A DNA stretch of 64,000 nt from an uncultured Methanosarcinaceae archaeon. GTDB lineage: Archaea > Halobacteriota > Methanosarcinia > Methanosarcinales > Methanosarcinaceae. Under the pieces are notes generated by a model, which was given only the letters and a program-made list of their open reading frames with translations, ran no database searches and was not told the origin of the DNA. The position numbers and the translations under genes were made by a program. Positions 31,137-41,874 of this stretch are shown here, in pieces. Within the stretch, counting starts at the first letter, position 1, and each line of letters starts with the position of its first letter. The stretch covers positions 32,001-96,000 of the forward strand of contig CAVRJG010000019.1 in the NCBI GenBank assembly GCA_963721455.1, in the 5' to 3' direction.

Positions 31137-32603
31137 TCATTCTCTGATTCTCTTTTTCACGCCAACTAGAAAGCTCGAAACTATTTTTCTAAACATGGGG
31201 TCTTCATGAAAGGTTATTCCGTAATAGATCGGCGTTATGATCGCTACCACCAAGAGCATGATGTAAAAGTTTGAGGTGAATATTTCCAGCAGAATTAACG
31301 GAGCTGCAACAACCAGGCCGATTGCCATATACCTTACAAGGATTCCAAAGCTTTCTTTCTTGTCAATCCCTATGAGGTTCAGCAAATATGCATTGTTCCA
31401 GAGCCAGAATACAACCCCGGTAAGGCTAAAAAAGCCCAGAGCGAACTCCGGCCCCCCGTAAGTCCCTCCTATGAACAGTGCTACTACCCTTGAGATTAAG
31501 AGAATTATACTGAAGGTAAGCCAGACCGACTGTTTGTCGTATATGCTGTAGAGGGTTGAAATAGGTGAGGACAGGAAGACTAGGAATATCCAGGGCAAAA
31601 GGATCCTCACATATATGCCGGAGACAGACCAGCTTTCACCGAAGGCAAATGTGAACACCGGTTCTCCTATGATCATCAGGAGTATCATCGGGAATATCCC
31701 GATTGATATCAGTTTTTTGTAAACCTCTTCCACAACAGCCTTCACGTCCCCATCCACATTTCCGTTTTTGACCTCACTGACCTTCTGGAAGAAGACCTGT
31801 CCAATGGCGTTGCCTACAATCACCATGGGCATGTTAACCACCTGATATGCAAGTGAATAGTGCCCTACGACTGTTGGACCGTAAAAAAGTGCAAGCAAAA
31901 AGGTAGGTACCTGTGGGGAAATCGTATTTGCAATTGTGGACCAAGAACTGAATAATGGGAAGTTTTTATGCTGAATAGCTACCTCTTTCATTCTTTTTAT
32001 TGACACCTTTTTGAAAACCGGGATATCTTTTTTTATGCCCTTGAGCATGAAAAGGTCTGCAAATACATATCCTGCAATGAGCCCGACAAACAGGCTCACG
32101 GGAGATACAATCCATTTTGCCAGCCCTATCTGAAACACCTTTCCTAATAAGGTATTTGAAACTCTGGCTCCGGCTATGACTCCAAAACGGATCCGTCTTG
32201 AAAGCCAGTAGTTCTGCACGAAAAACAGGCCATTAAGGAAGACTATTATCGGAAGATAAATTAAATATCTTGAAGCTCCCGGCGCATTCAGGATAGAATC
32301 AATATTTTCAGGAAGGAATAATATCCCGATGCCTGTAAGTAAAGATGTAAGAGTCACAAGTATGACACAGAGAACTACAATATTTACCGAATCTTCATCT
32401 TCTTTTGGAAGTATAATTGAGAACTGGTATGAAAAAGTAGAAACTATTGCAAGAATGCCTGATATTGAGAGAATCAGTTGAAAAATCCCAAAATCATTTG
32501 GGCTATAAATCCTGGTGATTATGGGGATGAGGAGCACACCCAGGGCCTGTGCAATCACGCTTCCTGATACCATTTTTAGTACATTGGTGACAAAGTTAGA
32601 CAT
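31137..32603 (-). CDS. Wzx-type polysaccharide flippase
   Basis: PIITRIYSPNDFG and a multi-TM pattern. Confidence 0.88.
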   Translation of the reverse strand: MSNFVTNVLKMVSGSVIAQALGVLLIPIITRIYSPNDFGIFQLILSISGILAIVSTFSYQFSIILPKEDEDSVNIVVLCVILVTLTSLLTGIGILFLPENIDSILNAPGASRYLIYLPIIVFLNGLFFVQNYWLSRRIRFGVIAGARVSNTLLGKVFQIGLAKWIVSPVSLFVGLIAGYVFADLFMLKGIKKDIPVFKKVSIKRMKEVAIQHKNFPLFSSWSTIANTISPQVPTFLLALFYGPTVVGHYSLAYQVVNMPMVIVGNAIGQVFFQKVSEVKNGNVDGDVKAVVEEVYKKLISIGIFPMILLMIIGEPVFTFAFGESWSVSGIYVRILLPWIFLVFLSSPISTLYSIYDKQSVWLTFSIILLISRVVALFIGGTYGGPEFALGFFSLTGVVFWLWNNAYLLNLIGIDKKESFGILVRYMAIGLVVAAPLILLEIFTSNFYIMLLVVAIITPIYYGITFHEDPMFRKIVSSFLVGVKKRIRE

Positions 32604-33010
32604 ACTTTTTCCACTTTCAAATTTAAGGATTTGTAACGAAATAACTTAGGCAAGAGACAATTTAGTTGAATTAAATCAGCTATCTTGCTCGTGAAAGTTA
32701 TTTAATATATTCTTAAAAACTGCCTATGTTATTTCGCGGTGGGTCCTAAGCAAACGCCGGACAGTGGGTTATGTACGGATTTTTTATAAGATTATTATGT
32801 AATATGAAAATTTTCTGTGACTTTTATTTTTTAGTTTCTTTTCCTTCTTTAATATAGCAAAAACCTTTCCATCGTCATACACATGAGCCTATCCAGGAGC
32901 CTCGAACTTCTAGAAGAACTCTATCGGAAGTGGCTGGATGTTTACTCCGTAGCGTTTCGGATTAAAGATCTGCTAAAAATTAAATCTGAGGATAGTCTTA
33001 AGGTAGAATT

Positions 33011-34735
33011 TTAAGGCAATATCAAAAAGAATGCCCTCAGTGTTATCCTGAACGTTTTCCATGCAGGTGAAACCACCTGATTCCACAGGAATTTGTATTC
33101 GGGAATTATCTCGGAAATTGTCTCGGATATTGTCCTGAACGTTTTCCATGCAGGTGAAACCACCTGATTCCACAGGAATTTGTATTCGGGAATTATCTCG
33201 GACATCGTCTCGGACATTGAGGCGTATTCAGTGTTTCCGTATCTTCCTATATTGATTCGATTTCCATTGTTTTCAGGTTCTTTAGAGTAATCCGAGGAGG
33301 GATATCCTGCATCAATGCAAGGAGAGCTCACTTTGTCTTTAACCCAGGTTTTTCCATTCCACCTCCCAGCCGAAGATTTCAGGTGGTAATCATGGTTAGC
33401 CTGATCTGCAAAAAGCGGATCAACATGAATATCTGAAGCAGATGAACGGGTGTTCTTGTAATCTCCGCCAGTGTTGTTGTAGAAACAATTGTTTTCCAGT
33501 ATAAAGGAATGGGTTCCAGTCAGGTAATTAACCACTCCATTGCCAGTTCCTGCAGGCTGATATTTTCGTTGTTTAGTGTTTGAAATTATATTATTACGTA
33601 CAATTGTCGTGTATCCTGTACCTGGGGGTTTAAGATCTAAAGCAGCTTGGAGCGCCACTGCTGTGTGATAATTTCCATCAAAAACATTGTTTTCTATGAG
33701 GGTATCATAAAATCCGCTTGTTACTATACCGCCCAACCAATCATAAGTTGGATGCGTGCCACAACCATAGAATGTGTTGTGGTGTATGTAGACGTTCTTA
33801 GCTTCATCCTTTGAGTAAGCTTGACCATATGCTATGAGCCAGATACCAGGACCATACGTATCATAAATAGTATTGTTATATACCTCTATATCATCCATGA
33901 CGTATGGGCTCGACTCCCCAATATACTGGATCTGAATTCCTGGACCTCCCGCGTCTGGCTCAAATACTGTATATATAATGTTATCATGGAGTTTTACATG
34001 GTTTGAGTTGTAAATTCTCAGTGCAGAGTTCGTCTTGCATCTTACTACGTTGCCCCACGCTTCTACATTCTGACATTCGATTGCATAAAGACCGTCATGA
34101 CCAAGCTTGTAAATCCGATTGTCGTGGAATTTTACGTTTTCGCTGTGTTTTATCCTCAGCCCGTCTCCGTGGCTGTCATGCATGTACATATCATAAACCT
34201 GTATGTTATCACAGTTAAAGAAATTGATCAGGTTATAGTATCCGTCTCCTCTCATTTTTTCAGTGTTTCCGTCGTAGTTTCCGTTGATCTCAAAGCCCCT
34301 TATAGTAATATTCTGGTTTCCAGAACTACTCATCTGAGTTATTAGTGGCTTTTCCTGCGGCCAGTTTGCTTTGTCTTTAAGCTTGATTACGGCTGTGGGG
34401 TCCCCTTGCAGGGTCGTATCGTTCCCGATGAAAATATTGTCTGAGATAACGTATGTGTTGGGACCTTTCAAATGAACGGTAGTGAATTCCGGATTTTCTG
34501 CAACATATTCGAGAGCTTGATTTATCTCTACCTGATCATCACTCCCATCACAGGTGAAGTTTCCACTTCCATCGCCAGCTACATACACAGTCTTATTTGA
34601 TGGCTTAAGGAAAAAGTTGGAATCTATAGTATGGAAAATGAATACTCCCAGTGTGATCAAGAAAATGAAAATTACAATGAAAACTCCTATTTTTTTCCTG
34701 TTTTGCCGTACGTACCTAAGATATTTTTCGTTCAT
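33011..34735 (-). CDS. Membrane-anchored beta-helix protein, paralog of 13411-16527 without DNRLRE domains
   Basis: N-terminal TM, VYVAGDGSGNFTCDG, near-identical core; 29-aa C-terminal duplication. Confidence 0.88.
   Translation of the reverse strand: MNEKYLRYVRQNRKKIGVFIVIFIFLITLGVFIFHTIDSNFFLKPSNKTVYVAGDGSGNFTCDGSDDQVEINQALEYVAENPEFTTVHLKGPNTYVISDNIFIGNDTTLQGDPTAVIKLKDKANWPQEKPLITQMSSSGNQNITIRGFEINGNYDGNTEKMRGDGYYNLINFFNCDNIQVYDMYMHDSHGDGLRIKHSENVKFHDNRIYKLGHDGLYAIECQNVEAWGNVVRCKTNSALRIYNSNHVKLHDNIIYTVFEPDAGGPGIQIQYIGESSPYVMDDIEVYNNTIYDTYGPGIWLIAYGQAYSKDEAKNVYIHHNTFYGCGTHPTYDWLGGIVTSGFYDTLIENNVFDGNYHTAVALQAALDLKPPGTGYTTIVRNNIISNTKQRKYQPAGTGNGVVNYLTGTHSFILENNCFYNNTGGDYKNTRSSASDIHVDPLFADQANHDYHLKSSAGRWNGKTWVKDKVSSPCIDAGYPSSDYSKEPENNGNRINIGRYGNTEYASMSETMSEIIPEYKFLWNQVVSPAWKTFRTISETISEIIPEYKFLWNQVVSPAWKTFRITLRAFFLILP
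33046..33215. repeat. 87-bp tandem duplication in the CDS 3' end
   Basis: TCCTGAACGTTTTCCATGCAGG... at 33046 and 33133. Confidence 0.92.
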
Positions 34736-35157
34736 TTAGTATCCCTGTACCTTTGGATATTAACCCCTACAACTTGAAAAAAGTTATTCTCAGGAAGATA
34801 TTATCAGTAAAATTTCATGAGTATATTAATATATTTACATATCATTCACGGGTTTAATCTTTATTACAGATTTATTACATTTTACCTGCTTTTTAGTTTT
34901 TCTAAATTCATCCTCTGTACAACACGTAGATGATATGCATTGATTGCGGCTGGTACAAAAAGCTTACGTTCTTAAAGTTCCTTCAATTGTATTAGGGAGA
35001 AAATACTACACTGGCTAGGACTGCCGAAACTGCAAGGGACTTATTGATGAGAATAAATAAAAAATAAGTCCTGAATAAGGTAAAACTATCTGATTTTCGG
35101 ATGGCAGTACGAGGAATACATCTGGAAATAAATCCTTATATAATTAATTTCATGCGT

Positions 35158-35692
35158 CATCGGTTAAGCGTTAGATAATCACTTCTGTATGTGTTTTTAT
35201 ATCAATTATCTAAATATTAGTGCATCTATGTCTCCTCATCCCCCACCTACACTTGAAGACTCTCTTAGGGAAATATTTCCCGAAGAGTGGTTAAGGCAAA
35301 CTGCTAAAGAAACTGGTCTTATAGTACGTGAGCGTAAAATTGACCCTGTCATCATCTTTTGGGTTTTAACTCTCGGTTTTGGTGTACGCTTGCAGCGTAC
35401 ACTTGCCAGTTTGAAAAGAGAATATGAAACCGAGTCCAGTAAAACCATAAGCGACAGCAGCTGGTACTATAGATTCACTCCAGAACTTGTGGAGTTTCTT
35501 CATCAGTGTGTTATTCATGACATAGAAGAACTTGCAAAAGAACCTGGGAGGACACTTAGTAAAAAACTTGAAAACTTCCAGGATTTTCTAATTCAGGACA
35601 GCACAATTGTTCGTCTCCGCTCCTCTTTAGCAAACAAGTTTCCGGCAGCAAGAGCAAGAATCCCTTTGTTACTCAGTTTTTCAGGGTGTTAA
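35158..35692 (+). mobile_element. Truncated IS4-family (ISH8-like) element: left IR plus N-terminal transposase
   Basis: CATCGGTTAAG end; AKETGLIVRERKIDP...IQDSTIVRL, then abrupt loss of similarity. Confidence 0.8.
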
Positions 35693-35934
35693 GATCAGGT
35701 TGGTATAATTCATCCTATAGAGATACTTACATCCGTCCGACTAAACAAAAACTCAGTGGTATATAACGAAAAAGGGGTTTCAAGGTATGCTGTGGATAGG
35801 ATGAATATCACATATTTACATAAACCACATAAAACATCAAGTGATTAATATATAAATCAAGTTTGAAGATTGGTACTTTATCCGGTAAAGATATTTATTA
35901 ACACGGGCTTAAAGGAACTTTGAAACATTACAGC

Positions 35935-36545
35935 AACACACACCGATTACGAGGGAACATTTACGGTAACGTATGTGACCACGCAGACAGACGCCAACTT
36001 TTAGTTTGTCGCACCCTAACAATCTCCATAGTACTATTTTTCGTTGCCCCTGCCTCTTAATTGGAAAAAATCGGCAGTATACTTACATTTGATTAGACGC
36101 GCGTCTGTGTGAACAAGATGACAGACAGAATTCAGCAATGCTGCTATAATATCAGGCGACGACAAAGCGACATGAAAACAAACATATCCAGCTAACACGA
36201 CAAAACATCGTTATAAAACGCAAAACGTCAAAATTGTGGCTAGTCCCTATAAGTTAGCTATAGAGGACGAGTCGGTTTATGTCGTCGTCGCTTTACAGAT
36301 AAATCGAAATCTAACAAATAGAAAAACGATAGTTAGAAAACATATAGTTATATTTCAAACTATCGACTTTAGACAAGTAGGGCTGTCGTTTTATTGCTGT
36401 TCTGTGTCGTTGTGGCGATCACAAATAATAGGAGAGGTTAAGTGCATAATCAGTGTATGAAAATGTATATACAGAAATCTTTGTGCCGCAAAACGGGCGT
36501 GGACGGAAGCCATAATGATAAAGCAGGGTATGGCATTTCCCGCAC
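35935..36545 (+). ncRNA. Candidate large structured non-coding RNA of unknown family
   Basis: No credible ORF; at least 8 complementary segment pairs, nested long-range helices, GUAA tetraloop, possible pseudoknot (see findings); strand and ends uncertain. Confidence 0.5.
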
Positions 36546-36929
36546 TCAACTAACCTGACGCATATAAAAACACCTCTCCCGCGTCGAGACGTCTTCCTTT
36601 ACTCACCATTCCTTTTTCTTTTCTGGTAGTATCCAAAGAGGATTTGTTGCCTACATAATTATTTAGGAAGTTCCAGAAAGTTATCTATACTCTTTTCTGT
36701 TATTCGATTGTGAAAGGCTTTGCTCTCTATTCCACTTCCACAGGAAAAGCTTTCCTAAAAACGTACTACTTTTAAAAATATAACCAGGTGAAGTATTTTA
36801 AAGTGCTATTTTTATCCTTTACGGTAAACGTTTTTAAGATTACCCGGGGTTTGTATAAAAGTAGACAAGTCCCGTAATCTGTCCGGGCACATAAAGGGAG
36901 TGAAGGAAAAAGAGGCTTATTAAAGCCTT

Positions 36930-39062
36930 TTAATACTCAACTTCCGTGGATGCAATCTTCTCGGCAAGCCTCGACAATACCTCGGTCCTCATTCCTTCTA
37001 CAAACTTGATGCTGCCCACGACGAGATGCCCTCCTCCGCTGACACCTGCACCTTTCATTTCCTCCCTGAGCTCCCTGACAATCCTCGGAATATTCATAAG
37101 AACGCCTTTGGAACGGATGACAGCAAAGTCAGGACCGTAGCCGATGGTGACCACGGGTTTGCCCGGGTTCCTTTTGGTAAGCACATCGTGAACTTCTCCG
37201 GAGGTCTTTCCAGGTGGCGGGAAGGTGAATTTCTGGGCGTAGTTTTCAACGTCTATAACGTTCATGATAGTACCATTTACCAGTTTCTGAGACTTGACAT
37301 TAAAGAGGCAGACCTCAAGCTGCTCCTTTATCATGGTATTTGCCTGTTCGCAGAGCAGGGAAACCAGTTTTTTGTGTATATCGTGGTCACCCAGATCCAG
37401 GATATCGTCGATAATGCCCTTTCCACTGCTAAATCTCAGCCAGAACTGTTCATAATCCAGAGCCAGAGCCATCTCTTTCAGTTCTTCAAGAGTATAGCGG
37501 TCCGAGACCAGAGAGATGTACCTTCCAGCTTCCGGAGCCTCTGAACGGTCCCCTACTGCCGAAACCGCAGGGAGATGTTTTATTGTATCGCTGATGCCGG
37601 GATTGATCATACGAGCGACTTCAGCACAGAGCATTCCGGCAGTAACCCCGAAATCTCCTCCCACATGTGCAGGATTTGCGTGCCCTATCAGGTACTGGTC
37701 AACGATCTCGTCCGGGTGGTGATGGTCAATAACAAGCATGTTGATTCCATAAACTCTGGCCTGCCGCATGGAAGGGACATCCTCTTCGGTTGACCCGTTG
37801 TCCACAAGGATCACAAGCGGCATTTTCTGCCCGTGTCTGGAGGAGTCTTCAAGCGCAAAAGAAATGTCCCTTGTAACGTCTGCAAGCTCATAAAAAGGAG
37901 CTTTGGAAGGGGCACGCTTGTAGAAATAATATTCTGCATCCGCTCCACCGATTTCCGTAATAAGAGGCAGGATTGCCCTTTCAATTGCAATTGCCGAGGT
38001 TATTCCGTCGGCATCGGCATGATGCCTGAGAACGATTGGCGTTGAATGGAAAATCGCTTTCTTTATTTCTTTGGCGACATGGAGCATCCTGGGTTTGAGC
38101 TTTTCCATAATATCGCTTTCGACGAGGAAGGGAATATCAGCAGGAGTTGCCTTTTCCTCAATTACCTTCTCAACTCTGTCCCTGACCATTTCCTCCTTCT
38201 CTCCGGTCAGCAATTTCATGCTCATGACTTCGATCTGAATCTGCTCATCCCGCAGAGTCACTTCTCCAGTGATCGAAACAATCATCCCTACATCAATATG
38301 TGGGTAGGATCTTTTCCCGGCAATTTCAAAGGCTGCACAGGGGACAAAGCCCCCTTCGTCGCTAATAGTAAAAATAGTGGGCCCGCTTGTCTGCTTTACC
38401 TGGATGACTTCTCCTTCGATTCTGATTAGTCTGCCCTTCATACCCGGGTCTATTTCGGCTGAGTTTTTAAGTGGAAGCTCCTTTTCAAGTTCGATGGTTT
38501 CGTACTTTGTCAGGGTCTTCGGAATCAGGTCCAGCTTCCCTCCGACTTTGATGCTTTTTACCAGCACGATCACGGCATCCCTCACTTCAGGAGAGACCCC
38601 AACATTACTGGAGTGCATGAGCCCTCTTACATGGGGGTTAAGGTCTACAAAGACCCCGAAAGAGGCTTTGCTGCTCACTATACCGTGGTAAAGTTTTCCT
38701 GCCTCCACGTCCTTAAGGTCGCAGGATTCATCAAGGGCATAAACATACTGAGAACGGGAACAGGAATCGCATACTTCTTCCTCCGGATCCGCAGGTTCCT
38801 GAATACGCCCTCCACAAACCTTGCATGTATATATCTTTCCGAGCCCTTCGCAGGTTTCACAGGGAGTAGTTATTTCAAGAGTCCCAGTGCCCTTACATTT
38901 CTCACATGCAGCGCCACTTTTCAAGAGACTGTCAATATCTTTCTCAGAGATTTTCATGAAGTCAATAGATTTTGACTTGCCTTTTCCCTTACATTGAGGG
39001 CAGATATCAGTTGAAATAATTTCATAGCCACGCCCGTGGCAGTCTGGACATTCCTTACTCAT
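36930..39062 (-). CDS. Archaeal RecJ-like DHH phosphoesterase with DnaJ-type Zn finger, S1 and OB domains
   Basis: CxxCxGxG repeats, RHHADADG, DNGS, DHHH, GGGH. Confidence 0.9.
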   Translation of the reverse strand: MSKECPDCHGRGYEIISTDICPQCKGKGKSKSIDFMKISEKDIDSLLKSGAACEKCKGTGTLEITTPCETCEGLGKIYTCKVCGGRIQEPADPEEEVCDSCSRSQYVYALDESCDLKDVEAGKLYHGIVSSKASFGVFVDLNPHVRGLMHSSNVGVSPEVRDAVIVLVKSIKVGGKLDLIPKTLTKYETIELEKELPLKNSAEIDPGMKGRLIRIEGEVIQVKQTSGPTIFTISDEGGFVPCAAFEIAGKRSYPHIDVGMIVSITGEVTLRDEQIQIEVMSMKLLTGEKEEMVRDRVEKVIEEKATPADIPFLVESDIMEKLKPRMLHVAKEIKKAIFHSTPIVLRHHADADGITSAIAIERAILPLITEIGGADAEYYFYKRAPSKAPFYELADVTRDISFALEDSSRHGQKMPLVILVDNGSTEEDVPSMRQARVYGINMLVIDHHHPDEIVDQYLIGHANPAHVGGDFGVTAGMLCAEVARMINPGISDTIKHLPAVSAVGDRSEAPEAGRYISLVSDRYTLEELKEMALALDYEQFWLRFSSGKGIIDDILDLGDHDIHKKLVSLLCEQANTMIKEQLEVCLFNVKSQKLVNGTIMNVIDVENYAQKFTFPPPGKTSGEVHDVLTKRNPGKPVVTIGYGPDFAVIRSKGVLMNIPRIVRELREEMKGAGVSGGGHLVVGSIKFVEGMRTEVLSRLAEKIASTEVEY

Positions 39063-39577
39063 TAATATCAACACCGGTGGTTCTTCAGAACCTACGTTTT
39101 CTTATCTACTTTTTATGGCTCAGAATAAGCTTTTGAACCTGAAAGCATTTATTGTTCTCTTTATCGGCCCTATTCAGCCCGAAAATCGATACCTTCCCAA
39201 TCTTTTCTTTCCCTGTCAATCCAATTTTTCCCTGTTTCGTATTTTCGTATTTAAGATATAAGTGTTTTCAGATGCAGTCATTTGTCAGAATCGGTCTGCA
39301 ACAGTACCTTTATATGTCCGCAACAACCAGACACCTGCATGTCTGATATTTAATCCTTCCTGAGATAGCTCCAAAAAACCTGAAAAACTGCAGTCCATGT
39401 AAAATCTGAACGTGAAAGAAATTATATAGTTTTTCAGATATTTAGAGAGAGGCAGAATGCAAAACTTTTAAATAATGAACACTCACATTAAAGATATTTT
39501 TTAGTGTGATCTCTGAGAGATTGCTTAATTATTATTGAGTTCAATTTAATATTAATGGAACACGAGGTCATAAAAGT

Positions 39578-40360
39578 ATGGTCGATTTCACCAGTCAATT
39601 ATTGTTTCCTGTATTAATAGTTATATTTTTAATACTTTCACAATCCATAAAAATGGTTAATGAATATGAAAGAGTAGTCATTTTCAGGCTAGGTCGCCTT
39701 AGCGGAGTGAAAGGACCTGGAATATTCCTGATTATCCCCATTATTGATAAAGCTATGAAAATAGATCTTAGAATTGTTGCAATCGATGTCCCTAAACAGG
39801 CAGTTATCACCAAGGATAACGTCACAGTTGAAGTGGATGCTGTTGTCTATTACAAGGTAGTGGAACCTGGAGCTGCTATTACACAGGTTGAAAATTATAT
39901 GTTTGCAACTTCTACTCTTTCACAGACCACACTCAGGGACGTGCTGGGTCAGATGGAACTTGACGAACTGCTTTCGGAGAGAGAGAGTATTAACAAGCAG
40001 ATACAGGAACTTCTGGATGCATATACTGACCCGTGGGGGATCAAAGTTACAGGGGTCACGATCAGGGACGTAGCCCTGCCTGAAAATATGAAGAGAGCAA
40101 TTGCTAAACAGGCTGAAGCTGAAAGGGAGAAGCGTGCCAGGATTATCCTTGCGGAAGGAGAATCTCAGGCTGCCCAGAAAATGGTGGAAGCTGCCACTCT
40201 CTATCAGGGAGCACCTACAGCAATCAAACTGAGGGAACTGCAGACTCTTGCCGAGATTGCCAGGGAAAAGAACCTCATAGTGGTTACGCAATCCCAACCT
40301 CTTGAAACCGGGAATATAGCGGCTTTATCTCAGGCAATTTCAAGAAAGAAAGAACAATAA
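39578..40360 (+). CDS. SPFH/band 7 (stomatin-like) protein
   Basis: YERVVIFRLGR, ITKDNV, QAEAEREKRA. Confidence 0.93.
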   Translation: MVDFTSQLLFPVLIVIFLILSQSIKMVNEYERVVIFRLGRLSGVKGPGIFLIIPIIDKAMKIDLRIVAIDVPKQAVITKDNVTVEVDAVVYYKVVEPGAAITQVENYMFATSTLSQTTLRDVLGQMELDELLSERESINKQIQELLDAYTDPWGIKVTGVTIRDVALPENMKRAIAKQAEAEREKRARIILAEGESQAAQKMVEAATLYQGAPTAIKLRELQTLAEIAREKNLIVVTQSQPLETGNIAALSQAISRKKEQ

Positions 40361-40412
40361 AGCCGAAAAAAAAATCTGAAGGAAAGTGATAAGCAGCAAA
40401 GGACCGATAAAC

Positions 40413-41717
40413 ATGGTTGCGGAAAGGGCTCCACATTTCCTATCTATTTTTTTTCTGTGCATCATCCTCACAGCTTTTTTTGCACCCGTTGCTGGTGCAG
40501 GGCCTGACAATAAGGTGCTTGTGCTTGAAATTTCCGAAGCCATCACCCCGGCTTCAGATGATATTGTAGCGGATGCGATAGAAAAAGCTGAAAACGAAAA
40601 CTTTGAGGCTCTCGTAATCAGCCTGGATACCCCAGGGGGAGGGCTGGAGGAGACCCAGATCATCATAAAGGACATTGAGAACACGAGCGTGCCTGTTATC
40701 GGATATGTACCGGAGAGTGGGAAAGCGTGGTCAGCCGGTACTCTCATTCTTATGGGAACCGATATTGCTGCAATGGCCCCTTTCACGGTTATAGGTTCAG
40801 CCCAGCCCGTGCAGATATCCGCAGAAGGGATAAAACCCATAAAAGATGAAAAAATAATAAACGCCCTTGTCAAGTTTTCGGTTGCAACAGCCAGCAAGCA
40901 TGGGAGAAACGAGACATTTGCAGAAGAGGTCATAACGAAAAACAAAAACCTTGACGCCCAGGAAGCCCTGGAAACAGGCGTAATAGAATATATAGCTCCT
41001 TCTATCCCGAATCTGCTGGCCCGGACTGACGGGCAGCATGTAAAAGAAAGAACCCTGCAAACCGAAAATGCGAGCACGGAAGATTATGAACCTCCCCTAT
41101 CTCTTTCCATTCTAAGGCTCGTTTCAAACCCCATGATCTCATCCCTTCTTTTGACCATCGGCCTCTATGGGATCATTTTTGGGATTTCAAGTCCCGGAGC
41201 CGGAGCAGAATTGTTCGGGATTATTGCAATCATACTCGGACTGATAGGCACAGGATTTGATATCAATATCGGGGCATTCTTCCTCATTATTTTAGGGATA
41301 GCACTTCTGTTTCTTGAAATTAAGATGCCCGGATTCGGCATCTTCGGGCTTGCCGGCCTTATTAGCCTGATAATAGGTAGTATATTTCTTTTACCTATGG
41401 GAGGTGAAAACATTTACAGTCCCGAATTCAGAAGGCTTCTAACCCTGACCGTTGTCGCCCCTACGATTGTCTTCGGGCTGTTCCTGGTTTTTGCAGTCTA
41501 CAAAGTAACCGAGATAAGGAAGAAAAAGCCGGTTATAGGGGAGATCATAGGGGATACTGCTCAAACAATAGATCCTGTAGGGCCTGGAAAAACGGGATTC
41601 GTCCGCTATAAAGGAGAGTATTGGAAAGCCCGTTCGGAAGAAGAAATCGAACCGAAGGTAGAAGTCGAAATAACTGGAAAAGTAAGGGAAGTGCTCTTAG
41701 TGAAAAGAAAAATGTAA
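40413..41717 (+). CDS. nfeD: NfeD membrane-bound serine protease
   Basis: LDTPGG, AWSAG, IGSAQP, C-terminal OB domain GEYWKA; paired with the SPFH gene. Confidence 0.9.
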   Translation: MVAERAPHFLSIFFLCIILTAFFAPVAGAGPDNKVLVLEISEAITPASDDIVADAIEKAENENFEALVISLDTPGGGLEETQIIIKDIENTSVPVIGYVPESGKAWSAGTLILMGTDIAAMAPFTVIGSAQPVQISAEGIKPIKDEKIINALVKFSVATASKHGRNETFAEEVITKNKNLDAQEALETGVIEYIAPSIPNLLARTDGQHVKERTLQTENASTEDYEPPLSLSILRLVSNPMISSLLLTIGLYGIIFGISSPGAGAELFGIIAIILGLIGTGFDINIGAFFLIILGIALLFLEIKMPGFGIFGLAGLISLIIGSIFLLPMGGENIYSPEFRRLLTLTVVAPTIVFGLFLVFAVYKVTEIRKKKPVIGEIIGDTAQTIDPVGPGKTGFVRYKGEYWKARSEEEIEPKVEVEITGKVREVLLVKRKM

Positions 41718-41874
41718 CTCTTCCCTCGTTTCCGGCTCAATCTCTTTTTTGATTTTTACTTTAGTTTACTGATTCATTTATTCCAGGGCTCAAACTGTTA
41801 GAACTTAACCTGATTTAAGACCTGCCCGGGTTGGTATTTAACCTGGTTTAAGGTTTACCTGGTGTTATTTTGGA

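Noticed and set aside
32883-33014. 43-aa ORF faintly like a resolvase fragment (LSRSLELLEEL)
   Set aside because: Similarity too weak without a search
36006-36014. Minus-strand GTGCGACAA, identical to the first 9 nt of the group II intron
   Set aside because: Similarity stops there and I found no domain V/VI; treated as coincidence
36236-36460. 74-aa ORF
   Set aside because: No motif or SD; overlaps the helix-rich region
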